The notes: generated by a model from the sequence alone, not told the origin. 64,000 nt of DNA from Euglena gracilis (GCA_039621445.1 CP154954.1:37929703-37993702), one strand, 5' to 3'. Shown: positions 1 to 12,105, counted from the first letter of the stretch. Made by a program: numbers and translations.

Positions 1-81
1 GACATTCCCACCAACTCCATTTGAATCTTAACATCTGCTGTGAAATTTTCAGTTCCTTGGTTCAGATTGTTTCAGACGGGT

Positions 82-2366
82 GGCCCCGAGCGGATTTCCG
101 GTGGTGGTCGCTGTGGTGGTCGGCCCGACCTGGTCGGGCCGACCATGAGGTCGGGCCGACCACCATTTTTTTGCACTACCCCCCCCCCTTTCTGGAAATT
201 TAAGCCCCCCCCTGAAAATTTTTTTTTGCCCAAATCACCCCAAAACCAGTCAAAACCCACTTAAATGGCTCCAGAACCCACCAATCGGGGGTGAATATGC
301 AAAAACTTGGAGGGGAAATGCCCATTTTGGGCCACTTTTGGCAAAAGAACACCTCTCCCCAACGGATTTTCAATATAATTGCAAAAATTTTCACAAAAAG
401 GATTTAGCCCTCCAAGTATGTTGCCAACATAGAGGGGATTTTGTTATTTGAGGGGGGTGCGGGGGGGGGGCGGAGCCCCCCCCGCACATGAAAAAGTGAG
501 CCACAAAAACAACTTTTCCCCCGAGTATGTTGCCAACTCAAGGGATTTTCTTATTTGACGGTCGGATGGGGGTGGAGGGAGGAGTTTCGTGCCTCTCGTG
601 ATTGCATTTCTAAAGGATTTTCATGTAATCCCTGTTTCATCATTGTTTTTTTTCCCCTCCGGGCCCCCATCAAGGGTCCACCGACCCCCCACCGACCAAA
701 GATTTCCATCTGGGGGTGTTTATTTAAGCGTAAGACCCCCCCCCCCCCCACCAGTCAACCGCCATGCGCCCCGAAGGCCGCCTGGCCGAAGGCCGTGCAT
801 CGGCCGAAGGCCGATGCCCGCGCAGCGGCCGAAGGCCGCTGCAATTCAGAACTTGAAAAGTTGATGACGTTAATTAAAGGAGTAGGGTTAGGGTCAAGTT
901 TCCATCCCAAACTGTCCCATCCCATCCCCTCAACGTCGTTAAATTGGTGTCTGCAGGGGACCCAGCGAACCCAAAGAGGCGCCCAACTAGGGTTAAAAAC
1001 ATTGGGGGACCCGAGCGAGGCGCCGAAGGCGCCGAGCGAGGGTCCCCCAATGTGTAGTAAGCGTAGTTGGGCGCCTCTTTGGGGTAGCTTGTGCCGTGCA
1101 GGCACCACTTTTTCACGCATCAGTCACCGACCCTTCAGCTGGTCGATCGACCCTTCGACTGTTTGGTGGCAGGCTGGAAGGGTGGGCTGGCTAGTCGGCC
1201 GAAGCTGGCTAGAAGGCCGTGCATCGGCCGAAGGCCGATGCCCGCGCAGCGGCCGAAGGCCGCTGCAATTCAGAACTTGAAAAGTTGATGACGTTAATTA
1301 AAGGAGTAGGGTTAGGGTCAAGTTTCCATCCCAAACTGTCCCATCCCATCCCCTCAACGTCGTTAAATTGGTGTCTGCAGGGGACCCAGCGAACCCAAAG
1401 AGGCGCCCAACTAGGGTTAAAAACATTGGGGGACCCGAGCGAGGCGCCGAAGGCGCCGAGCGAGGGTCCCCCAATGTGTATTAACCCTAGTTGGGCGCCT
1501 CTTTGGGGTAGCTGGTCCCCTGCAGGCACCACTTTTTCACGCATCAGTCACCGACCCTTCAGCTGGTCGATCGACCCTTCGACTGTTTGGTGGCAGGCTG
1601 GAAGGGGGGGGCTAGTCGGCCGACTAGTCGGCTGACTAGCCAATTGGTTGGCCGACCGACAACGCCAACTGGTCGGTTGGCCTAGTCGGCAGCTGGTCGG
1701 TGAGACAGGGGGGGGAGCCAGTTGGCCGACTGGTCGGCGAACTACCCACTCTGTGCTACTGAGTCAACTGCCGACTTTTAAACTCCCCCTGGGTGGAGGG
1801 GGGAGTTTTCTGCCTCTCGTGAGAGTCATGGCCAGTTTCCCCCCTAGGACCCCCCAGGACCCACCGGGGGGCGGTACCCACTTTAGAATAACCTGAACTT
1901 GTGCTGCAAAATCTCTGCCAAAAAAATGCGGGACCCACCAAGGACCCCCCCCAGCACCCCCCCAGGACCCCCCCAGCACCCCCCGAAGGAGCCCCCCAGG
2001 ACCCCCCAAGGTCCCCCCAGGACCCCCCCAGGCCCCCCCCCAGGTCCCCCCAGGACCCCCCCAGGCCCCCCCCCCAGGTCCCCCCAGGACATGGTCCTGG
2101 GGGGGGGGGGGGGAGAACTGGCCATAAGTGCATTTCCAGGTGATTTGGGGCCTTCGCAGACCATTTTTATGCCTACCGACCAGCCACCGACCACCCACCG
2201 ACCAGGGGGGGAGGGGGGCTGTAAAATGCAAAAAAGGGGGGGGGGGTAGTGCAAAAAAATGGTGGTCGGCCCGACCTGGTCGGCCCGACCACCACAGGTC
2301 GGTCGACCACCACCACAGGTCGGCCCGACCTCCGCAAGGACGACCACCGGAAATCCGCACGGAGCC
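82..2366. mobile_element. Mutator-like non-autonomous TIR element containing nested insertions
   Basis: Imperfect TIRs GGCCCCGAGCGGATTTCCGGTGGT / ACCACCGGAAATCCGCACGGAGCC. Perfect 9-bp flanking duplication CAGACGGGT at 73-81 and 2367-2375. Confidence 0.75.
788..1625. repeat. Head-to-tail duplication of a 424-bp unit rich in hairpins
   Basis: GAAGGCCGTGCATCGGCCG starts at 788 and 1212 and the units are near-identical. Each contains AGGGTTAGGG and a ~150-nt foldback centred on GGCGCCGAAGGCGCC. Confidence 0.9.
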
Positions 2367-2415
2367 CAGACGGGTTTCCCTGCAAAATTGTCCATCAGGG
2401 CCTAAATTTCATGGG

Positions 2416-2668
2416 CAGGGGTTTTTTTAAGACCGGGGGGGTCCCCCCCACCCACCCACCCACCCCCTGGGGGGGGGGTCCCGGGGGACCCACAAAAATT
2501 GGCCGAAAAATCGCGAAAAGTGCTGAAAATAGAATTTTTTCGGCGCCTTCGGCGCCGAAAAGTATATCCCACCCCCCTCCGGGGGGTCCCCCCGAAGGGG
2601 GGGGGGGGCTCGGCCGGACCCACCCACCCTACCCCCCCCAGGGGGTCCATGACTAAAAAAAACCCCTG
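2416..2668. mobile_element. hAT-like MITE (CAGGGG...CCCCTG)
   Basis: TIR CAGGGGTTTTTTTA / TAAAAAAAACCCCTG. Perfect 8-bp TSD TTCATGGG. Relatives at 14469, 18383 and 20594. Confidence 0.85.
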
Positions 2669-3896
2669 TTCATGGGTCAGAAGGGCCAATTATTCATGTC
2701 CCCGCGGGCCCTAAAGATACGTCCTCCATTCTCCCATTTCCTGCCCGGCGGGGGGCCAACAAAAATGTCCGGCCGGGTCCAACAATTGTGTCTGTCGGCT
2801 GTAAGGCGGGACCCCACCATTGCCCTCCAGGGGGGGGGGGTCCAGCCAGCCAGCCAGCACTTTTTTTCCCAGTCAGCAGCTCCAAGTTGGGCTGCAACCC
2901 CCCCCCTTTCCGCGGGCACCGATTTTTAGGTCAAAGTTTTCCTTCGGCGCCGAAGGAATTCTCTTTGAGCAGGTGCCATGGTGGGTGGGGGGGTCATGGT
3001 GGGTTTTGTGATCACTGCGCATCATGCAAGCCAGAGGCAACCGCTAATATGACGAGACGCACTGCTTTTAAACATTTGGGGCTCTGTGGTCACCTTCAAT
3101 TTTTTTTTTAAAAAACCAAAAAACGGTTTTTCGGTTTTTTTGTGATCCTCTTTTTTCAAAAAAAAAACTCCAGCTGTGGAACCAGACAGGGGGTCCTGGA
3201 CATCCTCAACCCTATCCTATGGACCAAACCTGTCCACCTAAAAATTCACAAAAAATATCTTTTCCAGAATAAATTGTTGCTTTTCCAGGAACCTCACCAA
3301 CCTGTCACAAATGATTTTCCAACGTTCAGGAAAAAACGGCTCCGTGGTTCATCACCAGGTGATCTAGGACGCAAAATGGATATCATCTGGATTTGATGAA
3401 TCACAAATCGTTCTGGTTGACGAACGTGCAATATCATTCACTTAAAATGTTTGTTTCAGACCTTTGTTTTGTGAAACCCGACAAAAGAAAATCTCTGTTT
3501 TCCGGGTTTTGTTATTCTAAAAGAAGTGGCCCGGGTGGCATTTCCCCTCCCTCATTGGCCAAAGAAGGGGTGCAGCCCGCCAAGGGGCGGTGTTGATGCA
3601 ACCAATTTATCCTTGAAGTGTTTACACGTCTGCACCTCACAACCCAATAGCAAATAAGCAGTTCGTGGAGGTCTAGTCTGCTCCTTGCAGTCTTTTCCAT
3701 CCACCCAGAAAAACGTCATTGGTCTCACACAGAAGTGTCCACGGGGGCTCAACAAAAATGCCTTTGGGGGTCTAAATTTCTCGTCCACCGGGGATCAATA
3801 ATTGTGTCCGTTTCTCGGGAATGTGTCCGTGAGGGACAACAAAGCTTGGCCGGGAGGGATCTTCATTTTGTCCAAAATTCCCTTCTCGGGTGTCCG

Positions 3897-4095
3897 CTAG
3901 CTGTAAGAAAGTCCCTGGTTGTCATGCAGCCCCCCCCCCACCCCACCCCAGGAGGCTGTCCTAAAGGTTTTCAAATATTTTCCACACGCTGTATAAATGG
4001 GTTGCTGGTCAGAGTTGTAAGAACCCATGGGAGTGTGGGGGATAACAGCAACTACCACGTTGGGGCGCTTCTGAGGATCCTCTGTGTCAAAGCTT
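3897..4095 (-). CDS. RRM protein, probable exon 7 (VSFDTED...); 3' end uncertain
   Basis: Completes RNP1 as KGYGFV-SF when joined to exon 6. Intron ends pair (TAGCCCTC / GAGGGCTG). The downstream peptide is not a typical RRM helix 2, so further splicing is possible. Confidence 0.5.
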
Positions 4096-5317
4096 GTCTG
4101 CAGCCCTCGCATCAGCTGCCCTCATGAATTTTGTTGGTAGCCCCCTTAATCAAGAAAACCTTCATCAAAATAAACCACCCACCCATTACCCCATTACTCC
4201 AGCATGGGGCTCGCATAGGGGGGCAGGGTATTAATGAGAGAGGGGAGGGGGGAGGGGGGTTGTCCTGGACCCCCTCCCCACTGGGCTTAAAAAAAACTGG
4301 TGAAGCGTGGAAAAATTTTTGAGGGGCTTTAAAAAAAATGCCCAAAATTGTGTTTTCAGGTGATTTTTTCTCCAAAATGACAACGGCCCTGGGGGGAAGG
4401 GGGGTGGTCTGGACCTCCCCCGCACAAAACCAACGCTCACTTGATACCCTGCGGGGGGAGTGAGGGTTCGTTATAAAAGCAGGTGGGGATGGACAAAAAA
4501 AAACTTTGACCGCCAGAATTTTCCCAGAATATTTTCAGCACATGTTGTCGAAAATGCAAAAAAAAATTCTGCGCAAAGCGGCAGAAGGAACAAATTTGAG
4601 CTTTTAGGTGGGGGATGGTCCCGGGTACTCCCTCTCCTGGGTGGATCAGACAAGAAGGAGATTGAAAACCACATTATTCCAGCCAAATCAGAAATACACC
4701 TCAAACTTTGGACCACATGCTCCCCATCCCCAATACAGCAAAAAAACAGAGCGTTTGTGAAAAGAACACGCACACATGTCAAAATGCGAGTGTTTCGTGC
4801 ATTTTAATAGATACCTGAGTCAGACAGTACACAGTTTTAGCAATCTTTTAGTCTCTTGAACCATTTGATAAGAGAGGGTTGAGCCAGAGAACACTTGGCG
4901 CATAAAACAGAGTGTTTCCCGTCAACAGAAGTCCAAAAAGCCTAATTTTTACACCCGGCGCAAAGTGCCGAAGGTTTTTGGGGCCGCACACAAGGGTAAT
5001 TAATTAGATCCAATTAGATGGTGGGTGGGCAAGGGGTGGGGGGGGGTAATGGTGGCGGTGGTGCTGGTAGGATTATTGAATTGCATTGTACCTTCCCTGA
5101 CAAGTCTGAGGATTTGAACTCACAGACAGCCAGCATGGTCCGGGAACAGAATGATCCTCCCCCAATTTATTGTGTGTGTGTGTGTGTGCCCGACGGGGGG
5201 TCATACCCTGACCTGCAACCCCCGACCGGGGGGGGGGTCGCGCAACCAGGTGCCAAAAAAACCTGGTTATTTCAGGTCAACTACAACCCCCCGGGGGGGC
5301 TGCTGCTGCTGCTGTTA

Positions 5318-6035
5318 AACTCTCCCCCAAATAATACCCCCCCCTCAGGGTCTGACTTCGGCCGCCAAAATAATACCCCCCCAGGCTTTTGCTTAAGGAA
5401 CCCGGGGGGGGGGGGTACTCGGCTAGACACTGGAAAAAAATGGACTAGCTAGACCCTCCCCCCCGGGGGGGTCCGGGGGTCCCCCCAACTGGAAAAATTT
5501 TTCCTCCAGCGCTGCGCGCCGAGGTAAAAATGAGGTTTTTAACAGATTTTTGGCTGATTTTGTTCCAAAAAATTACCAAAAAATGGCCATTTTTGGGGGT
5601 CCCCCAAAAAAATTCCGGCGCTTCGCGCCGGTCACTGGAAAAAAAATTTCCACTACCAATTTTCCACTACCATGCCCCCCCATATAAGACCCCCGGGGGG
5701 TACTGCAATCCCTTAAGCAGAAGCCTGCCCCCCCCCCCCGGTGTCGGGACGAAGGCCCAGATTTTTGACCTGAAAATGTAGGTAAAAAATACAGTTTCTG
5801 ACAACAAATTACGAAAAAAAATTGATTTTTCTGGATGATCTGGCCTCAAAAAAAAAGCTAAATTTCATGAGAAAGTACAAAAAATGACCCCAAAGGGGAG
5901 TTTTGGCGCTATTTTTGCTCCTACGGAACTCCAAAAAATTTCAAATTTTTTTTCGAAATTATACCCCCCCCCGGGCCGGGACTTCGGGCGAAAAAATGAT
6001 ACCCCGGGGGGGGTGTTATTTGGGGGGGGGGGGTT
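5318..6035. mobile_element. TA-flanked MITE (AACYCYCCCCCAAATAATACCCC family)
   Basis: TIRs flanked by TA at both ends. Relatives at 10406-12105 and 40964-41351. Confidence 0.7.
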
Positions 6036-6242
6036 TACCACTGCCCTGCCATCAGCACTATTCCCACAAACATAATACTAAAGATATAAACATTGGTGGT
6101 GGTGTTGTTGTTATTGTTGTTGATTATTCTTATTATAATTCACTTTGCTTTTATTGTTTATTGATCATTTTGACATCAAATTGTTTCATTCACCATGAGA
6201 AATTGATGATGAACTGCATTAAAGATACTTAGAGGGCTAGGC

Positions 6243-6365
6243 ACAAATCCGTAACCCTTGGATAAACCACGACTGAAATCCATTTCGACACGAATGGAGG
6301 CAATTGCTCCAAATTGAGCAAAAAGACGATACATAGCAAGCTCATCCACATTGCTGGATAAAGAC
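6243..6365 (-). CDS. RRM protein exon 6 (second RRM: SLSSNVDELAMYRLFAQFGAIASIRVEMDFSRGLSKGYGFV)
   Basis: Clear RRM helix 1, beta 2 and RNP1 (KGYGFV) pattern; in frame with exon 5. Confidence 0.92.
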
Positions 6366-6704
6366 GGAACCAGGCTTCTTTTTAAGACCGTGTCCTGGTC
6401 TGTGAACCACAGCCCCTGCCCCCCCCTTCTTTCAGGTAACCCTTGATCTTCGACACCGCATTGCAGCATCGAAGAGTGGGCGGAGGTGAGGTGTGTCCGT
6501 TAAAAACAAAAAAAATGGTGACTCCATGCTACTTTTGACTCACGTTTTACTCAGAGTCCTTTTACTATAAGCCATAGGTACGGCAGAAATGTCCAAAAAT
6601 CAGACCCTCCTGAATGTGTGCCAAAATCGGGTCGTTTCAGGAAGCGATTTCCTGCTTCATTACTCTCCTGATTTCACTGTTCTGAGTTAAATAGAAGCCC
6701 GAAC
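6366..6704 (-). other. Non-conventional (euglenid-type) intron, 339 nt
   Basis: 5' GTT-CGGGCTTCTATTTAA pairs with 3' TTAAAAAGAAGCCTG-GTTCC (14 of 15 pairs, one G-U). No terminal AG. Removal gives NLFVR-SLSSN. Confidence 0.85.
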
Positions 6705-6933
6705 CGAACGAATAAATTTGAGCCCTCCTCAGGGGCTTCGGCGCTCACCACAGGGATGTGAACTTGCTTGTTGCGCAATTGCATTGGAATTGTTGCATAT
6801 GCAAAATCTTGATACGGATCCAAGGCTGGATAGGTGTAACTTCGCCCAAGTGGATGTTGTCCACCAAACACAGATGATGCCAGGGGATTATAGAACACCA
6901 TGGGGGAGCAGGCTGGCGGAAAACACTGGCAAT
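6705..6933 (-). CDS. RRM protein exon 5 (linker plus RNP2 EEGSNLFVR)
   Basis: Open frame ending in GSNLFV, typical of ELAV/CELF C-terminal RRMs. The 5' boundary is inferred; an in-frame stop lies at 6938-6940. Confidence 0.8.
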
Positions 6934-7759
6934 CCCTTCAACCCCACTCCATCCCCTCAGAAGCACGGACTTGAAAAAGAGGAAACTTAAAAGCAGAGCT
7001 GGTGTGAGGCAAAACAGTCTACCCGTCAGAGGTTCTCAAGGACCCAAGGGGGGGGGAGTCCCATGGGCCGGCTGAAAAAAAGGTGCTGTCTGGACCCCCC
7101 TTCCTTCGGAACCCCCTGAAGCAGGGCAGAACGGGAAAGCCTGGTGGGGGGGTCCGACCCTCCCCCACCCGGGAGGTGGGGGGAGGGTCGGACCCCCCCA
7201 CCCACCATAGCGTTTTCACCAATTTTGGGAAAACGGGGATTTTGGCCGGGGAAATTTTTTTGAAAAATGAACCCAAAATACATGACTTTTTTTTATGGAA
7301 AACCACATGTTTTTTTCACAAAAAAATCTCGAAAATTTCAGGTTTAAAAATTTTACAAGAGAAGTGTGGAAAAAAAAACGAAGGTCAAAAAAAAATTGGT
7401 CAAAATTTTTTTGGCACACTCGAATTTTACTGAAATTTTTTTCTTTGAAATTTTTGGATTTTCAATGGCATTTTTTTGCTTCAAAAACCTCTCAAAATCA
7501 AAATTTTGAGAAAATGTTGAAATTTTGGAAGGTGTGAAAAAATGGGGGTTTGGGGGTTTTGTAACCTGCGACTGAGGGGTGGTCGTAAATGAGGGGTGGT
7601 TGAAATACAAAGGGGGGGCAGGTGATGTGAGGGATCAGAGAGAAAGGACCAAAACAATTTCAGTACCCAAGGCGGTTTTGAACCATTGGTCAAAATTTAT
7701 CCCCAAAATGACAATTCTATCATAAATACTCAGTCGATGCCGGGGGGGGGGGGTTGCAG

Positions 7760-7844
7760 TCCTGCTGGAAACTGGAAGCTGCTGGCAAGGGGTAATCAAT
7801 AATTGGCGTTCATAAATGGGGGCCATTCTGGCTTCAGGAATCCC
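7760..7844 (-). CDS. RRM protein candidate exon 4 (GIPEARMAPIYERQLLITPCQQLPVSSR)
   Basis: Acceptor CCTTCCAG in phase 0, compatible with exon 3. Unique sequence between repeats. No homology support. Confidence 0.45.
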
Positions 7845-8114
7845 CTGGAAGGCATGTAGAATTGTGGGTTTGCGTCGCGAAAATTTCTCTTCTTTGAAAT
7901 AAACAGCATCCCCACGAATGCAAGCGTTGAAAAAATGAATGCAAAAAAAACAGATGTCCTTCCTGCGATCATTCAATTTGGCCAAACGACGCCCCCGTGA
8001 CGCCTGCAACTGAGGGGGAAAGGGGGAAAATGCCTGCAGCTGAGGGGGCCCCCAGGATTTTCTTGAGGCCCGGGGGGTCCTGTGGGAGGGCTGCTGGAAG
8101 AAAGGTGCTGGCTG

Positions 8115-9317
8115 GGCTCCGTGCGGATTCCTGGGGGTGTTCATCCTGGGGGTGATGCCGACCTGTGGTCGGCCCGACCCCTGTTGGTGGGATACCGACC
8201 TCTGGGGTCGGGCCGACCTGGTCGGTCCGACCCCCAGAAATCCGCATTACCCCCCCACCTTTTGGAAAATTAAGCTCCCCCCCCTTCGTTTGAATAGGTG
8301 AATTGTTATGTGAGGTAAAAATTTAATTAAAAAAATGAAAAAAACCCCTTTTATCTGCCAACCCCTTTCATTAACAAAATAAACCCCGTTTATCCGCCAA
8401 CCCCTTTTCGGGTGCAAGTCGACCTAACCCTATCCCTTTCGTTAACAAAATAAACCCCTTTTATCCGCCAACCCCTTCTCGGGTGCAAGTCGACCTAACC
8501 CTATCCCTTTCATTAACAAAATAAACCCCTTTTATCTGCCAACCCCTTTTCGGGTGCAAGTCGACCTAACCCTATCCCTTTCATTAACAAAATAAACCCC
8601 TTTCATCTGCCAACCCCTTTTCGGGTGCAAGTCGACCTAACCCTATCCCTTTCGTTAACAAAATAAACCCCTTTTATCCGCCAACCCCTTCTCGGGTGCA
8701 AGTCGACCTAACCCTATCCCTTTCATTAACAAAATAAACCCCTTTCATCTGCCAACCCCTTTTCGGGTGCATGTTGATCTCGTCTTTTGGAAACCCGGGG
8801 GGGGGAGCATAAATTCCCAAGTCGACCTAAACCATCCCTTTTATTAACAAAATAAACCCCTTTTATCTGCCAACCCCTTCTCGGGTGCAAGTCGACCTAA
8901 CCCTATCCCTTTCATTAACAAAATAAACCCCTTTCACCCCTTCTCGGGTGCAAGTCGACCTAACCCTATCCCTTTCATTAACAAAATAAACCCCGTTTAT
9001 CTGCCAACCCCTTCTAGGGTGCAAGTCGACCTAACCCTATCCCTTTCATTAACAAAATAAACCCCTTTTATCTGCCAACCCCTTTTCGGGTGCATGTTGA
9101 TCTCGTCTTTTGGAAACCCGGGGGGGGGGGGCTTAAATTTCCAAAGAGGGGGGGGGGTAATGCAGATTTCTGGGGGTGATACCGACCTGGTCGGCATCAC
9201 CCCCAGGGGTAGTTACCGACCTGGTCAGCCCGACCATGGTCGGGCCGACCAGGTGGTCGGGCCGACCAGGTCGGCATCACCCCCAGGATGGTCACCCCCA
9301 GGAATCCGCCCGGGGCC
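8115..9317. mobile_element. Mutator-like TIR element carrying a minisatellite
   Basis: TIR GGCTCCGTGCGGATTCCTGGGGG / CCCCCAGGAATCCGCCCGGGGCC. Perfect 9-bp TSD TGCTGGCTG at 8106-8114 and 9318-9326. Confidence 0.85.
8342..9092. repeat. 71-bp tandem repeat, about 10 units
   Basis: TTAACAAAATAAACCCC recurs at 8371, 8442, 8513, 8584, 8655, 8726 and beyond. The unit contains GTCGACCTAACCCTATCCC. Confidence 0.95.
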
Positions 9318-9929
9318 TGCTGGCTGGGCCGGCTGGCTGGGAGCTGGACTCAGCAGGTATCCAAAAAGTGCCCAAAAACACCCAAATCCAGCTGGGTTGG
9401 CATTACTCAGCCAAATTTTGAGGTGAAGGCCCAAAAAACCACCCAAAAATGAAATTCTGGGCCATTTTTGACCCGTTTCCAAAATTTTCGGCTGCTTGTG
9501 CCGAAATCATTTTCAATAAAGCCTGGTTTTGGAAGGAGGGGACCCTGCCTGCCCCAATGTGTTCGACCCACAATCTTGGAAGGCACATTTGAATGGGAGA
9601 AGACGGTGGATGGGCAGGGTATAAAATGAGATGGGGAGGAGGGGGTTCTGGAACCCTCCCCCAGAGGGGGTGAGTCAGCCCCCTCCCAGAGCAAAAAAAT
9701 TCAGCACAAAATGCCAGAAAATCTTTGGGCCTTGAAAAAAGCCCAAAGGTGAGTGGCTTGGGTGGACCAAAAAAAGGCAACAACCAAAACAGTATTTCAT
9801 TGCTGTTATAATCGTGGTGAACAGCAGCATTATGGAGTCAAAAAGAATGCTTTTAAATGAATTTTCCCAAATACTCAACGGCATTGTTTTTTGAAAAATG
9901 GTGATTGTTCAAAAGGAAAAAGTGCCAAC

Positions 9930-9999
9930 CTTCGTATTGGCTTCTGTTTCATGGCTGGTGGCCTTGGTCAGTGGATGTTTCTTTTTAAAAAAAATTGAA
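9930..9999 (-). CDS. RRM protein candidate exon 3 (SIFFKKKHPLTKATSHETEANTK)
   Basis: Pyrimidine-rich tract ending TGCCTGCAG, donor AAG|GTTGGC. Phases are compatible with both neighbours. Confidence 0.45.
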
Positions 10000-10168
10000 C
10001 TGCAGGCAATCAGAAGGGGCACAGGGCAACCAGCAAGGCAAGACAACGATGAATGGGCGGGGGGGGGGGGGAATGGAGAGCAGGAGGGAGATGAAAAAGC
10101 TGGGGCAGGATACAGAAGCATGTCCCCATTTTGAAAACCATCAAATGAAATCTGACAAAGAGAAACAC

Positions 10169-10331
10169 TCGCAAGATTGTGAGTTGTCGTGTGCCTGCTG
10201 CTTTCGCAGCTTGGATCGAGGATTGTCAGCTGGCTTCAATTCCAAAGGTTTATCATGCCCCTCAATGTATGTGCCATTCAATGCTTTGATGCAATTATCA
10301 GCATCCTCAGCCGCTGTGAATTCAATGAGTC
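10169..10331 (-). CDS. RRM protein exon 2 (LIEFTAAEDADNCIKALNGTYIEGHDKPLELKPAD...)
   Basis: Supplies the missing C-terminal half of the first RRM; absent from the ORF track. The 3' boundary (GA|GTGTTT) is tentative. Confidence 0.88.
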
Positions 10332-10405
10332 CATATCACACCATTGTCCCCAACATGGGTGGATGGAATGGAGGTAGACTCCAAAATGTCTTCCTATGCG
10401 AGCTA

Positions 10406-12105
10406 AACCCCCCCAGATAATACCCCCCCCGGGGGATTATTTTTTTCGCCCGAAGTCCCGGCCCGAGGGGGGGGGGGCTCCCGGATCTGGCATGGGGGGG
10501 GGGGGTTGTGGGGATCGACCATGGTCGGCCCACGGTTGCCTCGGTCGCCCTCAGCTGCCCTCGGTCGTGGGGGGGTCGACCGAGAAGGTTGTGGGGGTCG
10601 ACCGAGGGCGACCATGGTCGACCCCCACCCCACAGACGGACCCCCCCTTTTTTGCAAGGTTGGTCGCCCTCGGTCGACCCACACAACATGACCGTCCATG
10701 TTCGCAGGCCCCAAGACAAACAAAAATTTTTCAATCCATTTTGGGAGGCAAATCCCCTTTGTTGCCCAACTGTCTGCCCAAATCCCTTGTGTTACCCACC
10801 CGTTTTCCGGGGCAAATCCCTTTTTGTTGCTCAACTGTTTGAGGGCCCCAAAAAAACAAAATCCCTTATGTTAGCCACCTGACAGGTGGGAAACACAAGG
10901 ATTTGTTATTTTGGGGCCCTCGGACAGTTGAGCAACAAAGGGGATTTGCCCCCCAAAACTTGAGGGTAACACAAGGGGATTTGTTATTTCGGGGCCCTCA
11001 AACAGTTGAGCAATAAAGGGTATTTGCCCCCCAAAATGGGTGGGTAACACAAGGGATTTGCTCCTCAAAACGGGTGGGGAACACAGGGGCAAATTCCCCT
11101 TGTTGCTCAACTGTTCAAGGGCCCCAAAATAACAAAATCCCTTGTGTTACCCACCATACATCTCTTCAAGGACCCCGGGGGGGTGCTGGGCTAGGGCTAG
11201 AAATTTGGGCTGGCTAGAAATTTGGGCTGGCTAGCCCGCCCCCCCCCCCGTGGGGGGGGGGGGGGGCTGGGCCCCGGCTGGACCCGAACCGGGGCGAGCT
11301 GGACTGAAATCGGAAAAATGCCCAAAAATGACCTGCAGAACACAGTTTTGAAAAAATGATGCATCTGAAACCCCCCAAAATGCCCCAAACGCCCAAACCC
11401 CATTTTTGGCCACTTTTGAACACAATTTTTCAAAAAATTTCGGCGCTTTGCGCCGAAAAATTTTGGGCTGGACCCCAAAAAAAGGAGCAGGCTAGCTGGG
11501 CTAGCAGCACCCCCCCCCGGGGGGGTCCCAAATCGGGGCTGGCTGCAGCCGCCCCCCCCCCCCCGGGGGGGTTCGCAAAACCTTAGAGAGATGTATGTTA
11601 CCCACCCCCTTTGTGGGGGTCGACCGAGGGCGACCGACCTTGGAAAGGGGGGGGTCCGGCTGTGGGGTGGGAGTCGACCATGGTCGCCCTCGGTCGACCC
11701 CCACAACCGCAGCTCGGTCGCCCTCGGTCCCCCACACGACCGAGGCGACCGCGGGCCGACCATGGTCGACCCCCACAACCCCCCCCAGGCCAAATCTACC
11801 CCCCCCCCCGAGGGGGGGTATTATTTGGGAGGGGTATTATTTCCCAAAAATTTTCAAAATTTTTTCAAGTCCCCCAAAACCCAAAATAGCACCCAAAACC
11901 CCCTTTGGGGTCATTTTTTGTCCTTTCTCAAAAAATTTAGCATTTTTGGAGGGCAGATGATCGCAATTTGTTGTCAGAGATTGTGATTCTTACCCAAATT
12001 TTCAGTCAAATTCCGGGTCGTCGGCCCAAGATTTGGGGGGGGGTATTAATTCGGTGGCCGAAGTCGGACCCCGAGGGGGGGAGGGTATTATTCGGGGGGA
12101 GGGTT
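10406..12105. mobile_element. TA-flanked MITE containing a nested 9-bp-TSD element (10471-11806)
   Basis: Outer TIRs as in the 5318 element. Inner element is flanked by CCCGAGGGG and related to 35605-35922. Confidence 0.65.

Noticed and set aside
555-2430. Long Gly/Pro-rich ORFs (for example 555-1280 and 1764-2360)
   Set aside because: They are open in several frames and both strands because of G/C tracts and tandem repeats inside mobile elements.
3725-4076. Further non-conventional intron after VSFDTED (CAGAAG/CTTCTG ends)
   Set aside because: Removal gives an immediate stop (GAC CAA TGA) and the flanking 8-mers are unrelated.
8342-9092. CRISPR array
   Set aside because: Units are contiguous near-identical repeats with no unique spacers, there are no cas genes, and the context is eukaryotic.
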